From the NCBI GenBank assembly GCA_048213135.1, contig PS015246.1:1-45979 (forward strand): DNA of 45,979 nt, given 5' to 3'. Position 1 is the first letter of the stretch, and each line of letters begins with the position of its first letter. Below the pieces are notes generated by a model. The model did not search any database. It saw only the letters and a list, made by a program, of their open reading frames with translations, and was not told where the DNA came from. The stretch is from Reclinomonas americana ATCC 50394. Taxonomy: Eukaryota. Position numbers and translations under genes: made by a program. Below are positions 29,101 to 43,381 of this stretch, piece after piece.

Positions 29101-29255
29101 AAGCGGCCTCCGCACGAGCGACTTTCCGTGCGAGTGGTCCCCCTTTGCCACGCCTTGTACACATCAAAGATCCAGCGCAAGAGCAGACAGGCCGCAGTCG
29201 TGCTGTAGACCACTGCACAGAGAATGAGAAGCCCTTCGTCTCCGCACACGCCCAT
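26123..29255 (-). CDS. 7TM-RGS protein, paralog A
   Basis: Seven hydrophobic segments, then AFLGFLADEMAQENLLFRMAV..IRDTYISPDGESSINI..FERAYTSVSYLMKTDCFPRW. Several intron positions and the tail (PTIALLAG) are shared with paralog B. The start is uncertain. Confidence 0.8.
27270..27850. repeat. Degenerate ~137-bp tandem repeat (4-5 units) in an intron of 7TM-RGS A
   Basis: The motif aaca.caactcaatgcccaca...gatgccatccacacgcggcaagaag recurs near 27503, 27640 and 27776, with more diverged copies near 27272 and 27393. Confidence 0.85.
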
Positions 29256-29395
29256 TCGAAAGATGATCTTCGGAGGACACACAGGAGGACATCTTGTCAA
29301 CTACGTAAAAGTTTGTTCTTTGCTTTATGGTGCAAGGATGATGTAGGTAGGGATTGGTGGGGGGGGGAAAGGAATAGGATTGGGAATAAAGAGCA

Positions 29396-32300
29396 TCAGA
29401 ACACTTCGGGACCGTCGAAATCGTCGTCCTCGCCGTAGTTCGGGCCCTTGAAGATGTCAAAGGAGTGGCTGCTCAGCTGTGGTCTTGCAACTGATGGGCT
29501 GCGTGAGCCGGCAGCGGCACCTGCGCCATCGGCGGCGGCAGCAGCAGGTTGTTTCCTGGCGGCGCGTTCCTGGGCGGCTGCGCGCTGTGTGGTGACCAGT
29601 GCCTGGATGCGGCTAAAGGAGGCCTCCGCGTCGTCCATCTGTGTGCCTTGCTTCGTCAACAGGCGCAACACCTCGGGCTGGAAACCCGTGAGGAACAGAT
29701 CGAGGCCTTGTCGGTCACTGGTCGGGTCGGCGGTCTTCTTGTTGCCGTAACCGTGCAGGTCAATGACGGTCTGCGTACCAGCGGATGAGCACAAGAGTCA
29801 CCAGCGAGCCCAACACGAGGACGCGTGCACATACGCACCAGCTTCATGTTGGGATTGACGTGAGCACGATAGAACTGGATCGCCGCTCGAACATCTTCGT
29901 CTGCCGTCAGCGCCGTGTCGGTGAGGAAGATCATGTAGTCAATCATTCGATCGGTGGTGACGGACTCCTGCAAATCGACAACAATCAGCACGGGGAGGGG
30001 AACCACTGACGATGTTCTGCGAATACAACGAACCCGAATGAACTGGAACGGGAAGCTGGTTCCGAGGCCGAGCGCACAGTTCACAGCCGAGGCCTTGCTG
30101 ATAATGTCTTCGGCATCCCGCATCACATCTTCACCTGCATTGTGTTCGAACACAGTCAGTTCGTGATGCAAGATGCGCGAGCGACGGAAAAACAACGCAA
30201 CGGTGCTCAGGGAAGACGACCTCCTCATCGCAGCGCTGACCCGCCACCTTTGGAGAGGAGAAGATGCGCACTTCGCGCGAGTCTTCCGGTGACGAATTGC
30301 GAATCATGGCAGCCAGCACGGCAGCCGCGCTCAGCAGCGTCTTGGTGTTGGTGTAGTTGACCGCCTTGTTGCGTTCGAATGTCGCGCATGGGGCTCGCAT
30401 AGAACCCGACACATCGACAAAGACGACCACGGAGCCCAGCAGCGGTTCCACCGCCGCACGGCCGACCACTTCGAGGGCCTGGCTCAGGCTGCTCTTGTAC
30501 TCCTGCACCACCTCCAGGGTGGGCACTACCTTTGGATAGGCCAATCGCTTGTCCCACGGGTCCGCCTTGGCCACGGCGGCGCCGACACGGTTCCTGCGCT
30601 CCGCAAGCATGTTTTCTCGCATCGCTCTCCGCTGTCGGCGCAGATAGTTCCACCGTTCGACCGCGTTGAGGCCACTCACTTGGCCGTGCTTCTCTTGCCA
30701 CTGCGACCAAAGGAAATGAGCACGTTCAACGAGTAACGCAGCGACCATCAGCAAAAGAGCACACAAACCAGTCTCAGTCGAGCTTCAGGGACGGAAATCG
30801 CTTGACTCGAGCTCGTGAGTGTATGGGTTGACAGTTTGGCCTTGGCAATGCGTTCTCCGTCGCGCAGCAACTCGCACACACGCTGGTGGTGCTCGGGGGA
30901 GATGCCGGCCTCGATAAACAAGCGCAAATGTCGCACAAGCATCACGTACGACCGATACCGGTGATTGTCGATGCTGCAACGAGGCCATGAATATAGGGGA
31001 GCGAAAAATGAACAAACAAACAAGGCCGCGTACGCAACGCATACTCAAACGTCTCGGCCACCGGGCCGCGCTGCGACATGAGTGACACGGGTGTCTCGTA
31101 CGGCGCCAAGCGCAACCGTGTGCCCACAAGTCTGGGGTCGAACTCGCCGGTGAAGCCGAGCTGTCACGGGATGAAGTGAGAGAGATGAAAGAGGCAAAGG
31201 GGAGGAGTGCGAGAGGAAACACGAGACGGAGGCAAGATAAGAGACAAGGGGACAGGAGAGCACAAAAGGACTCACTCGTGAACGATTGAGGCGAGATGTG
31301 CGGGAGGGAGAGAGGGAAACAAAAGCGGATGTACGAAAGCAGGCAATAGGGGAGAGACTAGCGCAGGTGACTTCGCGATGCACACACAGATGAGGAGAAA
31401 TGAGCGGAGATAAGAGAGGGGAAAGCGGACGTACTCAAGTAAGCATTAGGTGAGCAGTGAAGTGCAAAGGCGAAACGGAAATAGGTTGTATCTCTCGTGC
31501 AGAGGAGCGACGATAAAAGCAAAGGAGACTCTTTTACGCACGCAAAACGAATGAATACAGAGGAGGAAATAAGGGAACAGGAGGCTCTCTCATGAAAGTA
31601 AACAGAAGAGCGACGAGAAAAACATATTCGCGCACGAACCTGTTGGAACTCATGTGCATCAGCCGGGTACTTCTTGCCGAGAATGCGCATGACCAGTGGT
31701 GCTGGCTCTTTGATGTGGCACATGCGAATCAAGTACTTGAAGCTGACACGACTCAACGCTGTGGCACGAAAGAGACGGTGAGATCATGAGACCCCGGAAC
31801 AAGAAAGTAAGAGGAAACGACGCACCGGAGCTTTCGGCAAGAGAGGCGGCCACTACCGGTTTGGCTCCAGGCACAACCTTCCTCTTCTTCTTGTTGTTGT
31901 GTCGAGGCGGCTTCTTGTCGTCTCGTCGCAGCTGCCACTCGCTGAATGTCTTGAAACGTTGGGCGATTGCGGTCTTCAGCGCGTTCGGCAAGTTTTGCTT
32001 GTCGCGCGGTTTCGGCAGTGCGGCCGCCGGGTGCGCAAAGTGCGAGTCGGGAATGAGGCGCCACAAGTTCACGACCTCGATAACGTCGGAGGGCGACACG
32101 ATGGTCAGCTCAAAGTACTTCTTGTAGTGTGGCTTGCAGGGGTGGAGCGTCACGGCGACAGCCAGCAAAAAGTTGCCGGTGGAGCGGATGTTCAACTCGC
32201 GACGAGTGTACAGGGCCTGCAGAGAGGGGAAAGGGAAAGGGGAAGGAGTGAGGGGAAAGGGGAAGGGAAAGGGGGAAGGAACAGGGGGAGGGGAAGGGAA

Positions 32301-35300
32301 AGGAGTGAGGGGCAAGCGGATGGGAAAGGGGAAAGGAACAGGGGGAAGGAAGAGGGGGAAGAGCAGGGGGAAGGAATAGGGGGAGGAACAGGGGGAAGGG
32401 GAAAGGGGGAAGGAAGAGGGGGAAGAGCNNNNNNNNNNNNNNNNNNNNGGGGGAAGGGAAAGGGGGAAGGGAAAGGGGGAAGGAACGGGGGGAAGGAACA
32501 GGGAGAAGGAGAAGGGGGAAGGAACAGGGGGGAGGAATAGGGGGGAAGGAACAGGGGGAAAGAACAGGGGGAAGGGGAAGGGGGAAGGAAAAGGGGGAAG
32601 GAAAAGGGGGAAGGAACAGGGGGGAAAGAGGCAGGGCAAGGGGAATGAATAAGAGAGAGAAGCTGCTGCAATGGAAGACATGGAAGGGGGTGAAGCCAGA
32701 GTGAGTGAACTGAGGACGAAAAACTCTGCGGCTAGACGACTGACGGCGACAGGAACGACAGAGAGACAGGAAACGAGGGACAACAATGTGAGGGGAAAGA
32801 CAAACCAAATTGAGCGGCGAGTCGTCCTTCAGCAGCGAGAGGTCGCCCATGAGCTTGCAGATCTCCTTCATGTTGTCCTCGGCACTCTGGTCGTACTTGG
32901 GCTGCAAAATGAACCCGGCGCATACCTGCCCACGAGAGCATCAGTGAGAACAAGAACACCACGCATTGTTCCGCTCGTTGCCCGTCTGCCTCACCTTGTC
33001 GAGCAGCTTGCGGTACACGCGCTCAAACGGTGGGTCGTCGGGGCCATCACCAGCGCCACCTCCTCCTCCGCCACCACCGTGGTGAGCACGGTGTGGCGGG
33101 GGCACGCGAGGACCGCCTGCAGCTGCCGCCGCGGCCGCAGCGACTGGGTCGACACGCGGTGCTGCTTGCCCAACACGTTCGCGGAACCACTGGCCGGACT
33201 CGTACAACATGGCGGCTTGCTTGCGACGGTGCATGAGAAGCATTCGCGTCACCAATTCGACGGATGTCACCGCGGTTCTGACGGCCTGTGGGGAAAGGGG
33301 GGAGGGGGATGAGAAAGGAAAAGGGAAGGGGAAATGAAAAGGGGGAAGAGTGGGGAAAGAGACAAAATATCAAGAGGAGCGAGTAGGAAGAACAACACTC
33401 CAAGAGCGACGAGGTTCAGCAGCTATTGAGAGCGACGAATTGGACAAGAACCAACAGAGAGAAAAGGAGTGACAACGGGACAGGCAACATGGATGAGAGA
33501 GAGAAGAGGAGGAGAAGAGATGTTGCAAAGACTCACCTCCGGCTCCAACAATTTGCTCTCGCCCAGCTCCTCCACCGTGAGAGGCGAGACACCCTTTTGC
33601 AACACTGTCATGGAATGGAGAAGGTAGGTGAGCACACGACCTTTTCCGCCATCATTTGAAACCATCTCACGCAACAATACTGCTGCAATTCGCGATGGCT
33701 GCCGCCGGTGCGATCAACCTTCTGCAGGTACACGTGCGACACCATGTGGTACACGGTGCCGGCGCCGTGGTCGAAACTGCACATGATAATGTCCGAGGGG
33801 TACTCGAGCATGTCAGTCGAGCGGATCAGCACGCGCAGTCGTTCCCGATCAATGACCTCGACGCAGAAGGAACGCGTCTCCAGCCACCAACGCGGATCCT
33901 CGCGCTGATCGACCAAGCCGCGCAGCACAGGATCCGCGCTGCCTTCCACAGTCAACTGCACCGCCACCACCCTCTCGTCCGTGTCACGCGAGGCGCGACG
34001 AATGATACCGGGGAAGCCGACCTCGATGACAAACAGGAGCGCCCAGTCGGTCGTCAGCAACGTGCCTGCGACCACACAAGGTGAACAGACAAGACACCAC
34101 CAATGTGCAGCACACCCATGCACGCAACATCCACGGTGCACGAAAAACGCCAGTCGGCGAGCAGCGTCGGCCGGGAACTGGTTGATGCAGTTCACCAGGA
34201 TGATGGCCGTGGGTGGGATGTCAACCACAGTCAGGTCCTCAGTGCGGATGAGCTTGTACTTGATCTGCAGAGGACGGGGAGGATGGCAAAGGGAGAGTGA
34301 GGGAGGAGAAGGGAGAGTGAGGGAGAGAAGGGAGAGAGAAGGGAGGAGAAAGGAGAGAAGGGAGAGAGAGAAGGGAGGAGAAGGGAGAGTGAGAGAGAGA
34401 GAGAAGGGAGGGGGAGAAGGGAGGAGAAGGGAGGAGAAGGGAGGAGAAGGGAGGAGAAGGGAAAAGAAGGGAGGAGAAGGGAGAGAGAAGGAGAGAGAGA
34501 GAGAAGGGAGAGTGAGGGAGAGAAGGGATGAAGAAGAAGACGCAACAGCACAGGGAGCAAAGGGAGGTGGGCGAGAGAGAAAGAGAGAGTGGAGAGAGAA
34601 GGGAGTGAGGGAGGAGCTGGAGACAGAAGGAGGAGATTGGAGAAGAAGGAAGGAGGCGGAGAATGGCAAGTGAAGTGGGCAAGAGAAAGAGAGAAGGGAG
34701 AAGAAGGGATGAGGAAGAAGTCGTGGAAGCAAAGGAGGCGGAGAATGGCAAAGAGAGAGAGGGGGGCAGAAAGAAGGGAGACAAGGGAGAGAAGGGAGAG
34801 CAGGGAGAGAAGGAGGAGAAGGAGGAGAAGGGAGAGAGTGAGGATGAAGAAGAAGAAAGGCAGCAAAAGACGCAGCAGCATACGGAGGAGGAGGGAGAGG
34901 AGGAGAGGAGTAAAAGCAAGGAGGAGAGACGGCGGACAAGAGACCCCGGAGGAGAAGAAGTGCGACCCCAAGACAGACAAAGAGAAGAAAGAAGAAGAAG
35001 ATAAAGTACCTGACTGGCATCCAACACGTCCGACATGTGATCATAAGTGCCTGCGAGGAGAGTGCAGCACAAATGAGCAAGTTCCAAAACTCACACACAA
35101 ATCGACCATAACATGAATGCAAAATTGTGAGGATTTACCCTTGACGACATACACATCGTCCTTGTTCATCAACGTGAGAAAGTCCATGTTGGTGGGGTCC
35201 TCCTGAAAGAGAGAGAGAAAGAGAGAAAGTGAGCAGACATCAAAATACAAAGTGTCAGGTACAACAATCGGCGGTGCACAACACGCACACACAGGGAGAG

Positions 35301-35598
35301 AGAGCAAAGAGAGAAAAGGCAGAGAGTGTGCGCGTGTGTGTGCAAGAGAGCGCGTGTGCAATGTCGGGAATGTCGCGCGCGCTTTTGTTATTGTGCCACG
35401 TACCCGCACAAGACGCTCGCGCACAACGCGATAGGCCAGACCGTAGGCGGCTTGCATGCGGGCCTCGCCGACTCCGCACGCGCACAGAGGCGGAGGTGCG
35501 GAGCCTGAACCTTCTCCTCCTCCTCCTCCTGCTCCAGAGCCACTGGCACCACTGCCACTGCCGCCTGCCGGGTGCGGGTGCGAATGGGGAGCAGACAT
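29396..35598 (-). CDS. Class-I GATase-like domain + TEP1/p80-type TROVE + vWA protein
   Basis: TROVE motifs ALYTRRELNIRSTGNFLLA..YF..PSDVIEV..LPNALKTAI..F..FSEWQL, KYLIRMCHIKEP..ILGKKYP and GISPEHHQRV. vWA MIDAS FVDVSGSM and YRAHVNPN..IDLHGY. N-terminal domain VVKGTYD..ILVNC..LLTTDWAL..FPG..RWWLE..GTVYHMVSHVYLQ. Confidence 0.85.
32221..32645. repeat. GGGGAA-type G/A low-complexity tract in a TROVE intron
   Basis: Repeated gggggaaggaaca-like units with an N gap. Confidence 0.9.
34270..35000. repeat. Purine-rich (GGGAGAGAA-like) low-complexity tract in a TROVE intron
   Basis: Direct reading. Confidence 0.9.
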
Positions 35599-36331
35599 GA
35601 TGTGGTCGAGGTGGTGTGTGTGTGCGTTTGGTGACGCGCGGTCGGACGATTTGTGATGTTTCCGGCAAGGGCCGTCATGCCGGGAATGTGGGAGAACCGA
35701 CAAGGTGATCGGACGCCGCCATGACAATACCGACAGCCTTGGCGCCAACGGTAACATGGATATGTGAGTGTGTCGTGCAGAAACTGAGACAGCTCGTAGA
35801 AGTGCAGGCGTTTCTGCATGAGAAATCACGACTTGTCACGTTGTTGCACGTGGTTATGCACGTGGTGGCTTGCAATTGGGGGAGATGCATAGAAAGGAGA
35901 GGTGCAGAACGGCAGCCATCGGTTTCGCTGGCGCTGCTATTCAGACTCGCTAGCGCGATCGCGATCGATCGATATCGCAAGTTTGATGATGAAATGCATG
36001 CGCAACGCTGCGCTGGGCATGCAGCCCGCTCCCTGTAAGGACAAGATGAAAGACTGCTCCGGCGTTCTTATCCGCAGTCCGCGCAAGCGTGGCGAATCCG
36101 GATCCAACGCGATCGCGATGGATATCGATCGACGTCGCGATCGGCACGAATTCGAACACGTGCACGAGCCCCATGAAGCTGCGTGTCACACTCTGAGTGA
36201 AGCCTCTCTCTCCCTCCCCTCCCTCCTCTCTCTCTCTCTCTCTCTCTCTCTGGACTTGAGCATCACGGAGCGTCGTCGAGTGTCCTGTGCGTGAGCTTCA
36301 ACTAATTATAAACCCTCCCTTCTTCGTGGAG

Positions 36332-37711
36332 ATGGCACTGACTGTCACCCCCGACTCACGTCACCTCATCACCGGCGGCTGCAACGTGGAGGCATACTGC
36401 CTGGCCGACGGCTACGAATGGCCCGGCTACTTGCTCAGCGGCCACAGGAGCACGAGTGTGTTTGTGGTGGCGAGTCTCGACGCAGTGATCACGTTTGAGC
36501 CATCGCAGAGACACTACTCGCCACCCATTCCCCGCGCGTGGTCACTCTCCGCACCCTCGTTCAAGTCGCGCGTGCTGCCAGATCCACTGCCGGACCGAAT
36601 GCGCCAGTTGAAGTGCATGGCCATCACGCCAGACGAGAGGTGGCTGTTGGGTCTGCTGGTGACGTCCACGACGGTGGTGGCTTGGTCGCTGCTCACCGCG
36701 TGCGAGGAGGAAGTCGAGTTTGAGGCAGACGGCGGTGCTCATGTCCAGCCTGGCGCTGTGGATCCCACGTTGCATACGCTGCCGCCTGCGCTCCTCGTGT
36801 CGCCCAACAGCCGCCACGCGGTCGCCTGTGACACCACTGGCGTGTTTCGTGTGTGGGACATTGCAAGTGGCGCGCTCGTCCATCGCATCGTGTGGGCCAC
36901 CGACGACCGCCAAGTGCCTTGCGTCGCGCGCTTGATCACGCCCGACAGCCGGTTCCTGGTGTGCAGCTACGACTCGCTCTCGCACACGATGGCCGTCTGG
37001 TCGCTGGAGACGGGCGAGCAAGTGGCGCTGTTGGACGAGACACAAGACGGTCCTCTCCATCGGTCGCTGGGCTACGTAAGTTTCGGCTACTGCCACGACG
37101 ACTGTGACGTGCGAGTGTGGACGCTGGAGGAGGAGGATGGCACGGGGGCGTGTGACTTTGTGTTCGACCGCAGCTTCTCTGGTCACAGTGCGCCTGTCAC
37201 CAGCTTGGCCGTCGACAGTGGTGGACAGCTGGTGGTGAGTGCCAGTGTCGATGAGACAGTGCGCGTGTGGTCGCTGGTGAGCGGCGCGCAACTGCACTGC
37301 ATCTCCTGGCCGCAGTACAGACCGGGTTACATCACCGTGCCACACGTGCGGATTTCGCCACACGATCGCCACGTGCTGATCGGCGGCTTCCACTCGGGGA
37401 ATGCGCTGGTGTGCGATTTTACGGCCAGAGCGGGTAGCCAGGTGGTGCAGCGAATCGACCGCACGGACCGCGAGTGTGAGGTGCTAAACAGCGTCGACGG
37501 CGAGTACGTGTTGATCCAAACCAGCGCCTCTACGGTGATGTACGCAGCGGTGGCGGCACGAGCGCGAGCCGAGAAAAAGGCAGTGGCGACGGCTCTGACG
37601 GTGGTGCACGAGATGCAAGACGAGAGCAATAGCGAGAGGTGTTTGGTGGAGATTGTGCTGCGCTGCTTTCTGCTGGAGGACGCGCAGGTGACGCTGCAGC
37701 GATTGCGGTGA
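36332..37711 (+). CDS. WD40-repeat protein, apparently intronless
   Basis: Uninterrupted ~460-codon ORF with repeats TPDSRHLITG, GVFRVWDI, and SGHSAPVTSLAVDSGGQLVVSASVDETVRVWSL. Confidence 0.85.
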   Translation: MALTVTPDSRHLITGGCNVEAYCLADGYEWPGYLLSGHRSTSVFVVASLDAVITFEPSQRHYSPPIPRAWSLSAPSFKSRVLPDPLPDRMRQLKCMAITPDERWLLGLLVTSTTVVAWSLLTACEEEVEFEADGGAHVQPGAVDPTLHTLPPALLVSPNSRHAVACDTTGVFRVWDIASGALVHRIVWATDDRQVPCVARLITPDSRFLVCSYDSLSHTMAVWSLETGEQVALLDETQDGPLHRSLGYVSFGYCHDDCDVRVWTLEEEDGTGACDFVFDRSFSGHSAPVTSLAVDSGGQLVVSASVDETVRVWSLVSGAQLHCISWPQYRPGYITVPHVRISPHDRHVLIGGFHSGNALVCDFTARAGSQVVQRIDRTDRECEVLNSVDGEYVLIQTSASTVMYAAVAARARAEKKAVATALTVVHEMQDESNSERCLVEIVLRCFLLEDAQVTLQRLR

Positions 37712-37869
37712 GAGAGCGGAGAAGGCCAGCTGCAGAGACAGGCGAACAACCTCCCACCCGCAGCAGCTGCGCCGCAGCCTCGGGGCAACTAGAACCATCG
37801 CGTCGCTACTGCATGCAGCACCCAGCTTCAACGAGTTCAGCGTCGTATTGTAGGCCGCTGACACTATTT

Positions 37870-38359
37870 GCGCCACGAAATCCCCTCGAGGCCAACACGC
37901 GTTTGATTGGCTTTGCCTCTTGAAAGGGAAGATGACTGTCGGAGAGGAGTAATTATGTGTTTGCATATTGTTGGTTTGCCAAGGTCATTGTCTGCAAGGG
38001 ATTAGCAATTGTGGAAATCGATATCTATCGCATTGTATTGTTGTTGTGCGTGAAGTTTGTACAATTGTTGTTGCACGTAAATAGGATGTTCGTCTCATTA
38101 TCGATGTGGTGGATGAAGGGTATTGTTTTACGCATCAGAGTGACGCTGGCCAAGTTGGCGTGGTTGGCAGTGGCAGCTGGCACAACAACAAAACACTTCA
38201 TTCACCACTTTCCAACATGCGACTAATGTCCACAAATCCCTTGCCGACAATGACCAAGGCACAAACTACCATTAACTTCTCCAAACAGTCATCTTCCCTT
38301 TCAGGAGACAAAGCCAAGCAATCGCGTGCTGGCTGGTGTGGTCCAGGACTTCATGGCGC
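37870..38359. repeat. Long imperfect inverted repeat (foldback/MITE-like)
   Basis: Perfect 19-bp core at 37921-37939 / 38285-38303, a 20/21 block at 37983-38003 / 38235-38255, and further matching blocks outward and inward. Visibly more AT-rich than the flanks. Confidence 0.85.
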
Positions 38360-38716
38360 GCGTAAATGTTTTAGCAAAGGCGCTGTTGACAAATTTAAAC
38401 GCAATGGTGCAAAAACGTCGCTTGGGGTGGTACTTGATGTCTCACTTTCTAATGGTAATTATCATGCAGGGTTGTTGCTGGCCAACGAACGTCGCTCGGA
38501 CAACCACGCGTCCTTCAGCGTGTCCCGACGCACAGTTGCCACCTGTCGTGCGCGAACACCTCTCTCTCTCTCTCCCTCCCTCTGTGTGTGTGTGTCTCTG
38601 TTCCCGCGCGCGCGTGTGTGCATTATCCATGTAAGTCACACACACAATGACACACTTCGCGCCATGTCACACTCGTTCATTTTCGTTCAAACACACACAC
38701 ACACACAGAGAGAAGA

Positions 38717-41106
<2,390 letters not shown>

Positions 41107-41280
41107 AGGAATGAGAGGGCGGGGGAAGCACAAACGCAAATGGTTGTCATGTGCTGTGAGTGAAGAAAGTATTCTGTGGTTCAAAGATATGTGTACCACA
41201 GTCTTACGATGGTGCGCACCTTGCTGTGTCTCCACCTCCGTGCTTGTATAGTCATGACAATAACTGGGCACGATGGTGTT

Positions 41281-43337
41281 TCACTCAACGAGGAACACTT
41301 CGTAGTCTGTTACTTGGAAGTTCCGCGATCCCATCAGTGTCGAGTTGTCCCATGCTGAACCGTCAGTGCTCTGATAGTAGTACTGAAGGTTACTGAGGCT
41401 GTCGCTGTTGCTGTTACAGTTGTCCGACAAGTACATCTCGCAGCCACCGAAGCACGGTCCAAAAAGAGAACCGTGTTGAACTGCATGTGCTTTGCTGACG
41501 GCCTTCAGCGCAAAGCGTCGCGCACTTGCACCACTCCACGACGCCGAGTACACGAAGCTTGTGCCGGATGGATCGGCGGCATAAGTGTTCGAGGACTGCC
41601 ACGAGACTGGCGTGTACCCGCCACACACTCGTCCCGTCGACGACTTGACCACAACCAGCGTCGCTCTGCGCACAGTCACACATCAGACACCGAGAACAGC
41701 AAGGCGACTCTCCTCTCCACAATCACTCACCCACGATTGTCACATTGCAGATGGAATGTGGGTGCTGCGAACCCATCTCGACTGCCCTTGAACAGCAACG
41801 TCAACTTGGGAACACTTTCACCGCCTCCTCGCGCTTGCTGCACCCATTGCAACACCACTCGTCCATCCGCCGCGCTCAGCAGATCGCTGTCGATCTTCCG
41901 CTCCGCCCGCTCCCGCTCCTCTCGTTCCCTGGCCAGCCGCTCTCGTTCCTCTCGCTCTCTGGCCTGCCGCTCACGCTCCTCCTGCTCCCTGGCCAGCCGC
42001 TCACGTTCAGCCGCCTCTCGCTCCTGGATCGCTCGTTCACGCATCTCCAGTGGCTCGATACGGGCGAGCAACTGCAGATGAACAACAGACAAGATGAGGG
42101 GAGGAGTGATGCAATCGAAACCGCAGGCATTCACACAACAGACCTCGACAACACCTCTCTCGAGAGCTTCACGCATGCGCCGCTCTGCGACCAGTTGCTC
42201 AGTGCACAGGGCAATGCGCTCGTTCGCGGCCTGCTGCTCGCGAGTCAATTGATTCTCCACAGCTCGTCTCGCTTGTTGCTCGGCGGCCAGTCGCTCCTCC
42301 AAATCTTGTCTCGCCTCTCTCTCCTGGGCCAGCTGCTCCCTGCTCTCAGCTACCATCTGCGACAACTCTCGCACTCGGCCATGCAGCTATGTACACATCA
42401 GCTGCATGACTTGGCCAGCAGCATCATTCCAACCTCACCTCACGCAGCGGTCGCTCCACTCGCAACACATCACACACTCGCTCGTGCTCCTTCCTCTCAC
42501 CGATAACACCACGCCACCCACACCCCAGTTCACCACCACGACACACTGTTTGCTGCAGTCGGCACTCCGTTTCTGTCACGGAGACACCACATCAGTGTCT
42601 TGCCACACCTCTCTCCATCAGGTCACTCACCAAGATGCCTCTGCATTTCCGCTAATGAAGACTGCTGCTGGCATCCGCGTGGACAGGCCCGCATGCACCC
42701 ACTCCAGCTGTGCTCCACCATCTCACTCAGCGCCATCCTTGCTCCACACCCGAGTGGACACTCGCGCAAGCATCCACTCCACTCATGCTCCGCCGTGCGA
42801 TCCAGCGTCATCTGCTGTCCACATCTCTCGCATGCATACGGACACTGCATGAGACCATGTGTGCGGTAATAGTCGCCCACCGTCTGTTCTCATCCACCGT
42901 GAGGAGAGAGAGAGAAAGCAAGACAAAAAACTCTCCATTAGCAACACAAACCATGGGTGCATGGCACTGCGGGCATGCAATCTGTGGTGCCTCCTCATGT
43001 CAATCAGTGGTGACTTGCGTACACAAACATCAACAAGCACGCAACCTTCACATTACGGTACGTCAGCAGGATCTTCGGCAGAGGCTGGTGCACAGTGGCC
43101 AGTGACGTGACTCCATCGCCACACAGATCCGATCCAGCCTCCGTCACGTGCTCGCTGTCGCATGAATCCCCACAAAGAGTGAGAGAGAGAAGCAAGTCAG
43201 TGAACAGCTTCCCTCTCTCTTTCTCTCTCTCTCTCTCTCATGCACTCACCGACACAAATAATGCAGCCCGCTGGCACACAACACGAAACCGGAGCACACA
43301 GATCCTGCAACAGAGAGAAGAGTGAGTATCATCAGTG

Positions 43338-43381
<44 letters not shown>

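Noticed and set aside
29301-29404. In-frame GT..AG that could fuse the TROVE gene to 7TM-RGS A
   Set aside because: The donor GTGTTC fits neither donor class, there is no clear branch motif, and paralog B has no such extension. Treated as two genes pending cDNA.
32221-32645. Telomeric repeat inside a telomerase-associated gene
   Set aside because: Irregular G/A tract with no fixed T-containing telomeric unit.
36140-36200. tRNA gene
   Set aside because: Only a T-loop-like hairpin is present. No acceptor or anticodon arms could be built.
37957-38634. Protein-coding ORFs over the foldback
   Set aside because: No recognisable domain, atypical composition, and the two arms do not preserve a common reading frame.
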